Below, in pieces: positions 38,385-51,965 of a DNA stretch of 64,000 nt. Source of the stretch: Tubiluchus corallicola (Eukaryota > Animalia > Priapulida); NCBI GenBank assembly GCA_030141605.1, contig JAQGDQ010000038.1, positions 806,001-870,000 on the forward strand, read 5' to 3'. The notes under the pieces were generated by a model. The model searched no databases, was not told the origin of the DNA, and worked only from the letters and a program-made list of their open reading frames with translations. The position numbers and the translations under genes are program-made. How positions within the stretch are numbered: the first letter of the stretch is position 1; each line of letters opens with the position of its first letter.

Positions 38385-38562
38385 TATTAACATTATTGTT
38401 GTTGTTGTTGTTGTTATTATTTTTATTATTATTATTATTGTTGTTGGTGTTATCGTTATCGTTATTATTATTATTTTTATTATTATTATCGTTATCGTCA
38501 TCGTTATCGTTGTTATTATCATTATCGTTATCATTATTATCTTCGTTATCATTATTATTGCC
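38385..38562. repeat. Compound (TTA/TTG/TCG)n microsatellite
   Basis: Direct reading. Confidence 0.95.
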
Positions 38563-39329
38563 GTCGTGATAGTGTTGGTTATAATTGTGTTTTATTAGTA
38601 AAATTACGTAAAAGATATGGTCATATGTCTTATTATATCAACTCAGCATAAGTGTGGTGTAAAAAGCCTGAAAATTCTTTCTGTACCTCATTTATGACTA
38701 AAGACAGCATCAACAGCAATAGTGGGAAAAGCAGTGAAATTGCCTTTCTTTTTACTTTGACAGGAAATCCGCCGCCTGGGACTACTGTATCCTGTTCCGG
38801 CACTGCAAAAGTGCACTCCTGCCCAAATCACCATTGCGTCGTGTCTGATGAATTCAATAAAACAGAATTGAAGCTCTCTGGTCATGATTCAATTTTATGA
38901 TCATATTAAGAACACAAATAAAATGCGCACAAAACAGTTGCCTCATGGGGACGCGAGAAAATGTTTCGTCAACTTATTGCTGTGTTTTAACTTCTTGTTT
39001 TGTTGCGTGCCAGCCAGGATTTACATTTGTTCGACGGAATGCCGCAAACTCTTTAGTATAATAACATAACAATATTAAATACTTATTAACAGGAAACCAT
39101 AAGCAATTTTACGTTGCAAAATGAACTTTACTGTTGGATTGTGAAGTAATCGTGTCTTTGGTCACATTTTCCTAAGTTCATGTTAAATGGTAATGCTGAT
39201 TAGCTTCTAAAGCCTTTTCTTAAGCTGTTTGTTGTTTGCCTGTAGCATGTGCAAGGATTATGGCATAAGCTCTATAGTATAATCATACGAATCAACAAAG
39301 CAATCGGCGAACTAAGTCCAGCAATCTCC

Positions 39330-39410
<81 letters not shown>
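39330..39410. repeat. (AAT)n microsatellite
   Basis: Direct reading. Confidence 0.98.
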
Positions 39411-39504
39411 CTTTATTTAAAGTCGGATGAACAATTAACAATAGCTCAAAGAGCTATTATCGTCGACTGTAAATAAGAAACTGCAACTATATAACTGAGA
39501 CTAT

Positions 39505-39650
39505 TATTACCCCACTTTTACCCTAGCTATCACGCGCCAGGCATGCCAACAGTAGGTACCATTTCTAAAATCTTTGGTATGACCCGGCCGTTGTATCGAA
39601 CTCACGACCTTCCAGACGAAAAGCAGACGCGTTACACTAGGCTAAACCGC
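39505..39650 (-). mobile_element. tRNA-derived SINE with a Meta-type central domain (MetaSINE-like)
   Basis: Minus strand TTTAGCCTAGTGTAACGCGTCTGC...GGTCGTGAGTTCGATAC (A/B box), then GGCCGGGTCATACCAAAGATTTTAGAAATGGTACCTACTG, matching the Meta domain as I recall it. Confidence 0.65.
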
Positions 39651-40339
39651 CAATAAACAAGCAAGCGAACAAACAGTCATGCAAACAAACCAACTAAGTA
39701 ACTGACCGACCGACCAACCGTTCAGCCAACCAAGAAGCCTGCTAATCACCCAACTGACCAGTTAGTCAAACAACTGACGAAGTTAAATAGTATTTGTGTT
39801 TTTTAATCTGCGATCAGCGGCTAATAAAAACAATCTATACTCTGATTTCCTCATCACTATGTCACATGTGGAATTATAACACAACGTGACGAAGAATTGT
39901 TGTTGACCCCACTCGATACTACTATGGAGGACAAATATTTAGACGTAAGGACGATCCGTATTACCACTCGTAAAAGTGACTTTCCAAAAATCTTCAGACC
40001 CGGAAAAACCAATTGCATACACATTGGCAATATGTTTTGTCAGGTTGAAAAATTTGTGGATAAAAGTAAAGTAAACCTATTATTTGTTACAACTGTTATA
40101 AATATAATCGTGTAGCTATATGACTAAAGGATTGTTTATGGGAAGTGTTTGCAAAAGCACCACACCGAGTCTTGAGAACCCGAAACTTAGAAGTGCAGTA
40201 ACTGCAGGAACGAGTGAATACTAAACAGTGTCCAAAGTAAAAGGAAGCCATGCGCAAAAAAGTGAGTCGCCGAACCTAGTCTCGCCTTTAATGTATTAAA
40301 TGAAAACCAATTTGTGAAAAGACACAATTAATAAGAAGC

Positions 40340-41900
40340 GTTTTTCCTTCCTCCACACAAACACGAGGAGTCTTCTTGCAAATAGCAAGGCTTTTAAGCT
40401 GGACGAACTTGAGAAGCACTATGGTGTGGTTCTTCTTACGGAAACATGGCTTGATCCGTCGATTAAAAATGGCGAAATCAGGCATATACGGTTATCAAGT
40501 GCCAATCAAGAAAGATTAAGATAGAAATGCGGTAGTAGTAGTAGTAGTGGTAGTGGTAGTGGTAGTGGTAGTGGTAGTGGTAGTGGTAGTGGTAGTGGTA
40601 GTGGTAGTGGTAGTGGTAGTGGTAGTGGTAGTGGTAGTGGTAGTGGTAGTGGTAGTGGTAGTGGTAGTGGTAGTAGTAGTAGTAGTAGTAGTTATCGTAG
40701 TAGTAGTAGTAGTGCTACATGAAGTAGTAGTAATAGTGGGTTTATTGACCAATATTACAGGAGTATCATTACAAATACAAACAAATTGCAAAAGTGTAAA
40801 TTACTATTCTTTCCTTGAAGCACTTGACCAGTATTTAAAACAGCTTCATACACTCAAACACATATTTTAAAGTCAAATTAGTACCTGTGCAATGAAACAA
40901 GCTGCCTATGTTGTCAAAGTTCAGCCCGAGATTCCTGTTATTATAATTAATCTATGGTGCTCACTAATTTTACATTCACAAAGAACAATTTGCTCTGTTT
41001 GTATGCTTTTTCCGCATTGTGGGCTGATAAACGCATCCTTGTCCAAAAAATTCTGTTTTTTATTATGTATGCAAGGTAGTTTATTATGTATATAGGTTTA
41101 CTATATAAATGCTCTCCGGATAAATTTCATGTGATTTCAAGCCTGGATTTTTTTGTCTGCACTCTTTGATCTAGCTGATCTATTCTCAACTGAACTGTTT
41201 GTCTATAACCAAAAGTGAACGGTTTAAGTTGGTAAGTCTCTCTATTTCTCTAAACTATTGCGTGCTGTATTTTCGTGCAATGGATATGCACAGATTCATG
41301 GATTCAAGCGAATCCGCGGTTATTTTTAAAAAAAAATCGTAATTGCAATTTTGAACAATTGTTCAAAAAATTATACCAATTTATAGTTCAAAATCAATTA
41401 ATACAGCTTATTAATGAACCGACACGGGTACCAAGCAATTCTAAACCTTTGCTTGATCTCATAATCACCTATTATCCTGGATGATTTATAGATTTTGGAA
41501 CCTTATCAGTTATTTACTCTAGTGTCCATAATCCAATGTTTGGCAAGCTAACTTTTGATTTTCTCATCCCAAAAGCCTATTGGCGAAAAGTACATAATTA
41601 TAACAAGTCGGCTGGGTTAATCTCAATAATAAGATTTTCTCTGCTGACCTTGAAACTATATTTCGGTTAGAATGTGTTGATACCATGTTTCAATGTTTTA
41701 TGGATCAATTAGTAAAATTAATTAATTAATGTATACCTAATCAGATTGTAACAGCTCGTGCGTAAGACAAACAATGGGTGAACAGTTCTGTACGAAAATT
41801 GAAGAAGCAGAAAGAAAAGCCTATAATAGTTGCAGGGCGAACAAATCCCAAGAAACATGGCAAGTTTACTCCCAGAAAAAAACAAATACAGCAATTTATA
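40340..41900 (+). mobile_element. CR1/Jockey-group LINE ORF2 endonuclease region, degenerate and interrupted
   Basis: FLHTNTRSLLAN..FKLDEL...VVLLTETWLDPSIKNGEI..GYQVP.KKD (40347-40516) and LIQLINEPTRV...LLDLIIT (41395-41470), separated by a microsatellite and other DNA. Confidence 0.75.
40532..40737. repeat. (GTA)n/(GTAGTG)n microsatellite
   Basis: Direct reading. Confidence 0.98.
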
Positions 41901-41911
41901 GTTAAAAACAA

Positions 41912-41995
41912 CACAACTTTATTAAAGCTTTTACATTAAACAGTTAAAATCATGCCAAACGTTTCGACACACTGCTGCTGTCATCACCAGGGGTA
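41912..41995 (-). mobile_element. Penelope-like element terminus with a degenerate hammerhead motif
   Basis: Minus strand CCCTGGTGATGACAGCAGCAGTGTGTCGAAACGTTTGG...AATAAAGTTG. Confidence 0.5.
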
Positions 41996-43129
41996 AATTT
42001 ACAAACCTACAGCCAGTTTATATAGGGAGAGCCTGTTATGCACTGAGTAGTTAACAGAAGCCAAATAAGTAATAAGCAGACCTGTAAAGAAATTGATACA
42101 GTAACTTAAGCACTAATTATGTGTTTACATGTATCAAATCACCTCTTGCTCGACTATATTCACCAACTTTTGAATTCCGAGTCTGGAATTATTGAGAGGT
42201 TTCTAAGTTGTTCAAAGGTTAAAAATATTTCTTCCTAATGGTACGTGTTATAATACTAGGTTTGCTATTGGTTCCTCCACGTTAATGTGAAAAGAACTGA
42301 GCAATTCAGACATGTTATTTACAGTTCTGTAACCTGTATTTACTTTTTACTTACGTTGGCATGTTTTACGGGTCCAGCGTCCGGGTTTTTGTAACCCTTT
42401 ATCAAGAAGCAGAAGTGAAATTTACACGTGCCATAGCTAAATGGCGGGTTTTAAACGTTAAAATAGCAAAATACGTTACACCTTAAATTAAGGTACCTGG
42501 TCTTCCACGTCTTGTACAATACGTTGGTGTCTTAACTTTGTTATTACGACAGCAACTGCTCAAGTTATTCAAGGGTTAAAGGTATTGAAGCTTCAAGGCG
42601 CTTATAGGAATGGACAAGAAGCCAATGACCAAGCCTGCCTGTGAATGACAGACAGTCACTCAGATTCGGAACAGCAGCAGCTGGACCTGACTGGACGTGA
42701 AAAGTTGTAATATGCCTATTTGCCGTTGTGGATATTTTCAAATTTTGTTTTATTAGTTATCATAAATGCAACTATACGTGTAAAAGACACACTTTCCACT
42801 GACCTAAGCATAAGCACTAGAAGTATATAGGAGTAATACAGAAAACTTAATATTGCAAGTGTAAGTTCCATGATTATATAACAGCGGTGCCAGAAAGTGC
42901 ATCGCTAAAGCAGCAATTGTACGCTCGCTTCGTTTCTTTACATATGTATAAAAATATTATAATAAATTGAATATTTAAAACGCATTAACATTAAAAATAA
43001 ACAAATGCATTTTACATACTTAAAATATTAACACATAAATAGTACATACACAATAGGCTGTTATAAATAAAACTAAAATCGTAATACATTTATACAAAAA
43101 TCAGCCTAATTAAATCCATGAGTCCATAT

Positions 43130-43550
43130 TGAATTTCTAATTAATTAAAAAGGCTTCTTTATAAAAATAAGTTTTGAGAAATGATTCGAACTTTTGAACA
43201 TTATTGATTTTACGTGCATAAATTGGTAAATAATTCCATAATTTTGGTGCCGCTACGTTAAAACTATGAGAACCATATGTGACTAGATTATAACGCAGTA
43301 CAACAAGTGTTGATCAATTAATTGATCTAAGATTGCGATTGGGCAGGTATGGCTTCAAAAAATCAGATATATAGGAGGGAGCTAAATCATTCAGAGCTTT
43401 GAATGTTAATAAGAGAATTTTGTATTTTAGTCCTGAAAGAAACGGGCAACCATTGCAATTAGATGACAACAGGAGTTATGTGATCATATTTACGAGTGCC
43501 TGTAAATAATCCGGGTCGCTGTGTTGAGTACATGTTGTAGTTTATCAATA
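43130..43550 (-). mobile_element. L2-type LINE C-terminal fragment
   Basis: Minus strand KLQHVLN.ATR...YKILLLTFKALNDLAPSYISDFLKPYLPNRNLRS. Confidence 0.82.
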
Positions 43551-43729
43551 AATGTAATACAGTTTATCAATAAATGTAACGTAGGTGTCCCCTTTCAAAG
43601 GAGTAGCAAACTTCAGTCAAAGTATCTAAGCTACTAAACTATTCAATAAAACAATTAAAACTTCTAGTACGACGATTAAAACAACTCAGTTTGAAGAACT
43701 ATATACTAGTAGATCTTGCTGCCGTTACA

Positions 43730-43739
43730 GTTGCTGTGG

Positions 43740-43777
<38 letters not shown>

Positions 43778-43797
43778 ACTGCTGCTGCTATTGTTGT
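43730..43797. repeat. (TGT)n/(TGC)n microsatellite
   Basis: Direct reading. Confidence 0.93.
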
Positions 43798-44033
43798 TTC
43801 ATATTTTACTATTGTCGCTGTTGCTGCATGATTGCAATGCATAAAAAGCGTCCTCTTGAAAACTTGTTTCTTTATTACTGATAGGTCTCTGATGTCTTCA
43901 AATTCAATGTAGACTGCACACACATTGACAAGTTCAGCTAACTAGCAGTTAGTTTAAAGATAATGCGTTTCAGTACAATTAAACTAACGCAACGTGTCAA
44001 TGGCGTGATGCTTCAGAAGTTTTGTGGTATATA

Positions 44034-44045
44034 TGCGCATGCGCA
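44034..44045. promoter_or_regulatory. NRF1/Ewg-type palindromic motif TGCGCATGCGCA, ~270 bp upstream of the mGluR ATG
   Basis: Exact 12-bp consensus match; function not shown. Confidence 0.4.
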
Positions 44046-44304
44046 GTAGCGCTCAAACTGAATGGCTTCATCGGAGGGAAACGGTTATGTACTGAGTTCG
44101 AGTGATCAGGTGGTTATGGCTTACTATCGCTTAAACGTATAACGTGAGAATTAAGCAGGATTAGATGGATATGTGTGCGTGATTTGTTCACAAAGTGATG
44201 AGCAGAAAAGATGTAAAGATGAAGAGTTTTCTAATTAGAAACCATTATTGTGTAGCAGTGTACTGGGCAAGTTTGATTAGGCTTCATTTTTGCACAGAGT
44301 GTAG

Positions 44305-44970
<666 letters not shown>

Positions 44971-45628
44971 TAAATCCACTTGTAACAGCCTCCGAGTGAC
45001 TTAGATTACTAGCTAAATTGTCTCTATTGTTGGTGTATTGAGCCAGCATCTTGATTTATCTTAGCAATAATGCTGACACCAGCTAGCCGTGAAGCCATTC
45101 CGCTAGTCACGCATACGACCATGAAGGCTATAAAATCAATCAGCTGATCTCCGTTTTAGCAAAATGTTATCTCTAATCGTTTCTGTATAGCCGTGTCTAT
45201 ATGAAAGCACTGAATACTGAAAACTTGATAATATGACGTTTAGTGCAGACATGATACAACAAGAATACTTACTGAATTAATCTATAGGCTTTCCTGACTA
45301 AAATGCTAAAAGTCGCCACTTACTGTTTTCCACGTTTTCTGCCCTGTTCAATATTTACAGCTGAAGAACAGCGGCTAATAGTTCCAGTTTTCCTCGGGTT
45401 ACTTCTACGTGGAATTCTCTGCCGGAAATTTTTTTCTGTTAACCGCAACCTCCTGTTTCAGTAATACTATAAGGCACTTGCTTCATCAAAAAATTTATTA
45501 AAGATCTTTTTTCTGAACTTTAGTGGTATTTTAAATTTTCTAATGTGTGTCTGCTTCGAGTGGCCACTGGGATTTTTTGAGGCAATTTATATGAAAAACA
45601 CTCGTTACTGCGCGTACCACAAATCAAA

Positions 45629-45736
45629 TTCAGCATAGAGTTTAGTAATCTAAGTCATAGATCAACTTTCAGCATAGGGTTCAGTAATCTAAGTCATAGA
45701 TCAACCTTCAGCATAGGCTTTACTGAGTAATCTAAA
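45629..45736. repeat. 39-bp tandem repeat, ~2.7 copies
   Basis: TTCAGCATAG(A/G)GTT(T/C)AGTAATCTAAGTCATAGATCAAC at 45629, 45668 and 45707. Confidence 0.9.
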
Positions 45737-48286
45737 ATTGAGTTGATTAAAAAGCATTGCCTTTTAATAACGTTTACACGTAAACGACTACTCGCTTTAT
45801 TGCGGTTAAATTAATTCAGAGATTATTTCATCAGACTTCTGGGTATATTTAATTTAAAACCATTAAGAACTGATGCAAATGACAAGAAAAACCGCAATTG
45901 CCAATCTATGTAATGGCCGGAAATAAAACTGATTAAATAAGTAATGTTTCTGAAATGCTTTTGCAAGTTTCCTCTTAAAGGAAATGTCTAAATTAATTTG
46001 TTTAATATTAGAAAAAATTCTAAACTTCTGATTCAAAATATAATTTTGCAGTCTGATAGTAATTCAAGACTTGTACTGCGCGTTTTTTCTAAATATCAGT
46101 TTAACAGCTCTATGTATTTTTAATCGGTTAATTATATAACACTAAAATACGCCTTCTATTGGTCTGTGCTTCAACGCTGACATATAACAGTAATCCAGGC
46201 GCGTCACTGGTCAAATATTTTCTACTGAAAGCAGCTTAACAGTTGCACAAGTGTATAGCCAAGTTGCTGCATTTGAAACATACGCTGAAACATTTTTGCT
46301 CTTTTGTTTTTTTACAATAGTATGTTCAGTAATTGTTAACATGTGATTGAAATTTTGGACAAAAAAGCCTCATAGACAGCCTTTTCGTGGTGTACAAGTA
46401 AATAGAGTCAACCTGTACGTGATATTGCTCTTACAAAATACTATGCACTGTTCTTTTATATACGTAATGACACTTTCTTATGACATGATACATTTTAGGT
46501 TTTATGTTAAACGATTTGTCGGTTGATGCTGCAAGATAAATATGAAAGCTAAAACTAAACCCTATAAAAGTAAACACATTTTATCCTGCCAACAGTTTAA
46601 ATTTAGCGTAATCTTACTCACATATACACTCTGAGTTGCCCCAGGAAATAAATGTGCACCTTTATTTATTTATCAACATGTGTTGAACAGGCCTTGTTTA
46701 AAGCTCTCATACCATAATTTAAATTCTCCTGTGTTTATATTTTTACCGCTGCACTTCCTCATTTCTTTCACTGCTGTCTCATTGCAGATTATAAGGGATT
46801 TCTCGAACAAAATCAGATTAAATATAGAAAACATAATGTCTTGGCATTATGTTACGCAATACATGCGTTTGGAATTGTTTCGCATGTGTTCTGTAGGTAT
46901 TTCACGCGTGCTGAGTAGGTATGCTACATTCTTCATGGGAGACGAAGTCTCGTTGTCGCCATTGTCATCATCATAGCGCGTTGCCGCGGCGTCGTTGTTT
47001 TAGCAACTAATTAAATTAAACAACAATCTGCAGTCGAAATTCTCATTGCTTACGTTCTGCACTTGGAATTCTCATTGTTTGCGTTTTCTTGAAAGAAAAT
47101 AAAATAAAAAATGCGATGCGGGTAGATGAACTTTTGGTTGCGAGAATTCTTCAAGGTTATCACGTTTATATATATATATAAACTGCTTTATCTGCTCATT
47201 CACATTTTCAGAACTTATTTCGTTGTAATAATGTGTCTTAGACACGTTGTACTTAACTTGCGTAAGTTCGGCCACTAACTGACGTAAACTTAGTGAAAAA
47301 GAATACTCATCTAATTGCACTAGCGTCTTTAAACTTAGAAAACTGTACTCGAAAAGAAGTTGGCATAATTGTCGTAGATTCAGTTGTCGCGAAGTAAATT
47401 CAAATGTACATTCTGATCCTACAATTTCGTCCAAATATCAAGAAAATACGCCAGGAAATGTCTTAGAAGTTGTTATGTATTGATTTTAATGAATCTGATC
47501 ACCTGTGTGTAGGGATCATCAGCAGCATAAACTTTCCGCTTGACACAAAGCTGCTGTTCAAGTTAAATTTTATGCTGCGGGATTACTACGATATAAACCA
47601 CGACGAAAAGAGAGAATTCCTTTGGGAAAAACAGGCTTATATTTCTGCAAAATATTGACACTCGTGCGGATCGTGCCTGCTTTTATTAATTTCCCCGCTT
47701 GGAAAAATCGGAAACGTCGATAATTTCTTCTGACATTTCGTCCGAATTTGACGTAGAGATTTCAGCTTGTAACACATTAGCGAAGATATCTAATGAAGTC
47801 TTGTGTGTTGTGACTCTGTTGGGGTACATTTGCTACCGTAACTAACGCAATTCAGTATTCCTCCCGGTGTAATAATTGGTGTTATTGGGTAATTAACGCT
47901 CCATATATTAGGTGAAGAGATCCTGGTGTTAATTACGTAATCATGACCGCCAGAGAGAGGACTTGACATTCAGCCTGCATGTCTACATGCTGCCAGCTTC
48001 ATAATATCATGGTTCTGCCTAGAAAGACTTAAGAAATTGAACTCATAGGGGGATTGCATAAAAAAGCTGGTACGTGAAACGCCAGCTCTCATTCTTCTCC
48101 ATGTTTGTTTGGGACCCCCTTGCTTTCTGGATTCAATATTCAATAGACTGATCAACCGTTCTGGTAGATTTTTGGATGTCTTGGTTAGTCGATAATTTGG
48201 TCGCTGATCGACTAGCGCCCCAGGGCCGCTGAAATGATATTTTTCCAAAATTTCGAACAGTGGAAGCCGACTGCTTCGTTAGTAGC

Positions 48287-48563
<277 letters not shown>

Positions 48564-50029
48564 TTACCACTAAAATCAGTACAGTACACTTTCCACACAG
48601 TACACAAGCAACACATACTACATACTACAAGAGGTCTTTTTAGAGCGTTTAGCGCCACCCTCCGTCTAACTTTTTTAGCATCATTAGAAAGTGTATGTAG
48701 TACGTACATGGTTCAGATATTTGTTTTATTTGATTTTTTATATACAGTACTAATAAACATATTTCGGAAGGCAAACTGCTCATCTCTGCATATTAGTTAT
48801 ACTTAATGACACTTTGTACTCATACACAGTTCATCAATTATTCAGACGCAAGCGCGTGCCGCCAGGTTTGCAATAGCGTGCAGAGTGGTTTCACCAAAAT
48901 CACTAGGAAGATCACGAAAATGGTTTCCGTCTTCATAAAAAAGCTAAGGTTTAAGCAAGAATATTGTTATTATATTATTAATGCGAAAATTAATTGCTAT
49001 TACTAATGTCAGGAAATGTGATAAAGTTGTCATACAGCCTGTTTTGACCAGGGTCCTTCTGTTTATAAGACAGACAACGTAGGCCACTCGACTGTATCTC
49101 CCAATGATCAAAACAGTCCAAAGTTTATCGCCATGGTTGGCTCAAAATTATGAGGCAGCCAGGAAATTCGAGGTTCAAAAATAATCAAAACAAAATTAAA
49201 TAATTAGATAGAATCACTATAGAATTAGATAGAGTTTAGTGTCAAAATTTAAATAATTCTTGGTTTATTCCATCACAACTGCTTAATAGATTTGATCAGT
49301 TATTATAAGAAATGTAGGATGAGTGACTAAAATTTTTGAAACAAATTCATGTAAATTGTTCCACTTCATGAAAAATAAGTTTCCTTATTTTAATTATGCC
49401 TATTTGAATTTTAAAAACGAACTAGTTCAATTATTGATTCTTTTCTAGTCAGTAGCGAGACGAGTCAAAAGATCAACGATATGATGAGCTTGACAGTTGG
49501 TTTAGCAATCTTCGCCAAGCATAGGCGGAATCGCGTTGATTCGTGACACCCGGTTTCGAGTTTTTTTCGTCAATTTCATAGTAAACTTACTGAAGTACAT
49601 AATTACACGTGTCGTATAGCTAATTGTGTACCAAATTTTTGTACATATATTTTCGTTAAGCATTTATATACATCAAACGAAATAAAGTATTACATATACG
49701 TAATGATACACTTATATTAACGCAAAAATCTCCTTTGAAAAAATGGAGAAAAGGGTTTCGAAAAGTGGTCACGGTGTGTGTCGCTATGCAGTAAGTGGTC
49801 GGAAATTAGGCAACGCCGAGCACAGCTAGCAAATGGACGTGTGACCACCAAAAAACTGGTTTTGGGTGGCTTAAGCTCTACACTGGCCATCTGCTTCTCT
49901 ATTAGGTGGTCTCGTCTCAATGGATGAGATTCGCATCCATCAAATTTAGTGGCCCTTGCTGGATTCAGCTTGACTGTGTCAAAAATGTTTGAACTTTCTC
50001 GGCAAGCTTGTACGCCAGTAATAGATTGC

Positions 50030-50800
50030 CATGTCTCTTGTAAGCTCTATGCTGATGATGTGAAAATATGTTTTGTCACAGATTATTACCAAAACATTCA
50101 GTTCGCTGTTAATTATATAGTCTAATGGTCACTTCACTAACAGCTACCAATCTCCGTAAAAAATGTTGTGTTTCACACTTGAGTAGTAGCAACCCTCGCT
50201 AAGAGTATAACACTAATAATGAAACTCTACCAGCCAAAGTAGAAACAATCAATCTGGGTGAGACAAGTTGCAAAGACTTGAAATTATTGTCGCAATATCT
50301 GTCTCAAAGCAAATCGTGTTAGCAATATGATACTTTATTTCTTCTGATGTCAATGTGTTTCTCAGGATTTATGAAACTTATGTTCGCCCTTTGGTCGAAT
50401 ATTGAACTTCTAGTTGGAAGGAATCCAGATTTGTTGAAAGATATGAATTTGGTTAAAAACGCTCACCGGCTCTTTGCTAGATGTAACTTGCCTAGGGCCG
50501 ACACACCTGACAGATTAAATTATTTAAAATTAGTTTCATTAGAATTACATTGTTTCCATAATGATCTTTTAATGTTTTACGGTATTGTACATAAAGAAAA
50601 CGCTATGAAATTTTACAATTTTTTCTATGTAAACTTCTGCCACAAAATTTCATCATTTGAAACACTTTGCTAAGTCTTGTAGGAACGATTTTCTAAGATA
50701 TTTTTCTAGTAGCAGTGAGGTCAATATGTGGAATGCACTACTCTCTCATGTAAACGACGCACCATTGTTAAATGTACGCAATAGACACCTTTTTATGAAA
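50030..50800 (+). mobile_element. CR1-type LINE RT C-terminal fragment
   Basis: KLYADDVKI (50042), KCCVSHLSSSNP, YVRPLVEY and MWNAL motifs, with stops and frameshifts. Confidence 0.8.
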
Positions 50801-51839
50801 ACGTAGTTAAATTTGTTGATTTTAAAATTCGATAGACACGTGTAAGTAGTTTTACTCTTTATGTTTTAACCGCACTCTAGTTAATAATGTAAGTTTTGTG
50901 TTTCATTTCATTTATTTTTTGCAGTTGTATTTATTTGTATTATAGCTGAACTGCGAAATTAACAAGTAATTAAGATAAGTATACATTGTTGTACAACTTA
51001 ATGTCCAGCCTTCTCTTTCTAATGTTTTATCATGCTGAGACGCTCATACAAAATCAAGCTAAACAGGCGCGCTAAAAGCAAACTACCTTATGGATTTTGC
51101 AGCCCCAGAAACGCAGAACAGTTAGTGCTCAGAAGTCTCACGAACCCTCATGTCTAGTGCATTTATCTCAATGGGAAATTTTGTAGATATTGGTGGAGTG
51201 CTGAGTACGCTTCAAAGGCACTACATAGACATGCAAGTTCACTGCAATTTGTTTGCATTCCCGACGAACTTAGACCTATAGTAGTTGACGTATAACTAAG
51301 TGAATCATTTAGTAAGATAAAGTCACGTTCAGTAACATAATTTAACAGAAGAGAACATGAAACCCGATAAAAAATCGAGAGAGCGAGAAAAAGAGTGCCA
51401 TTTTTATCAGCCTACAGTCTGATAAAGTTCAAAACTTTCACCATGCGCAGTACTTCGATTAGCTTGCAAAGTTTAATAGCACAGCAATCTTAACGATGTT
51501 GACTTTTGCCACCACCAAGTAACTCTTAAGCAATTGTCATTATTACTGGTCGGTTTTGTTATGATTACCCGGCTACTGACATCACCAAGATTTCTCTGAC
51601 CTTTTCATCCACGTGGACATCTCAAGGATCAACTTTCATTTATAATAATCTGTAACTTAAATGGAACAATTGCTTCGCCAAGTACATAGATGGTATCATT
51701 AAATCACCTTATACACATTGGTAATACTGTTTATAGCGTTCTCAGGTATGCTGTAATCATAAGCACCAAGAAATTGTTGTTAATGTCAAATACTACGTTA
51801 TAAAAACCACCTTTTAATTTGGTTTGTATCTTACCATAA

Positions 51840-51965
51840 AATGCTCACAGAAGGTTACAATGGGTGGTGTAGCATACAGTTTTCGTCCCTGGGCGCAATC
51901 TTGGGACCACTATTATTTCTAATTTTTGTAAATGACCTTAATGAAAAATTGGTCAAATGTCATTA
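51840..51965 (+). mobile_element. LINE RT fragment
   Basis: GAILGPLLFLIFVNDL (RT motif QG..LGP.LF.I..NDL). Confidence 0.75.

Noticed and set aside
45629-45736. CRISPR-like repeat
   Set aside because: Contiguous tandem units without unique spacers, in a eukaryotic intron, with no cas genes.
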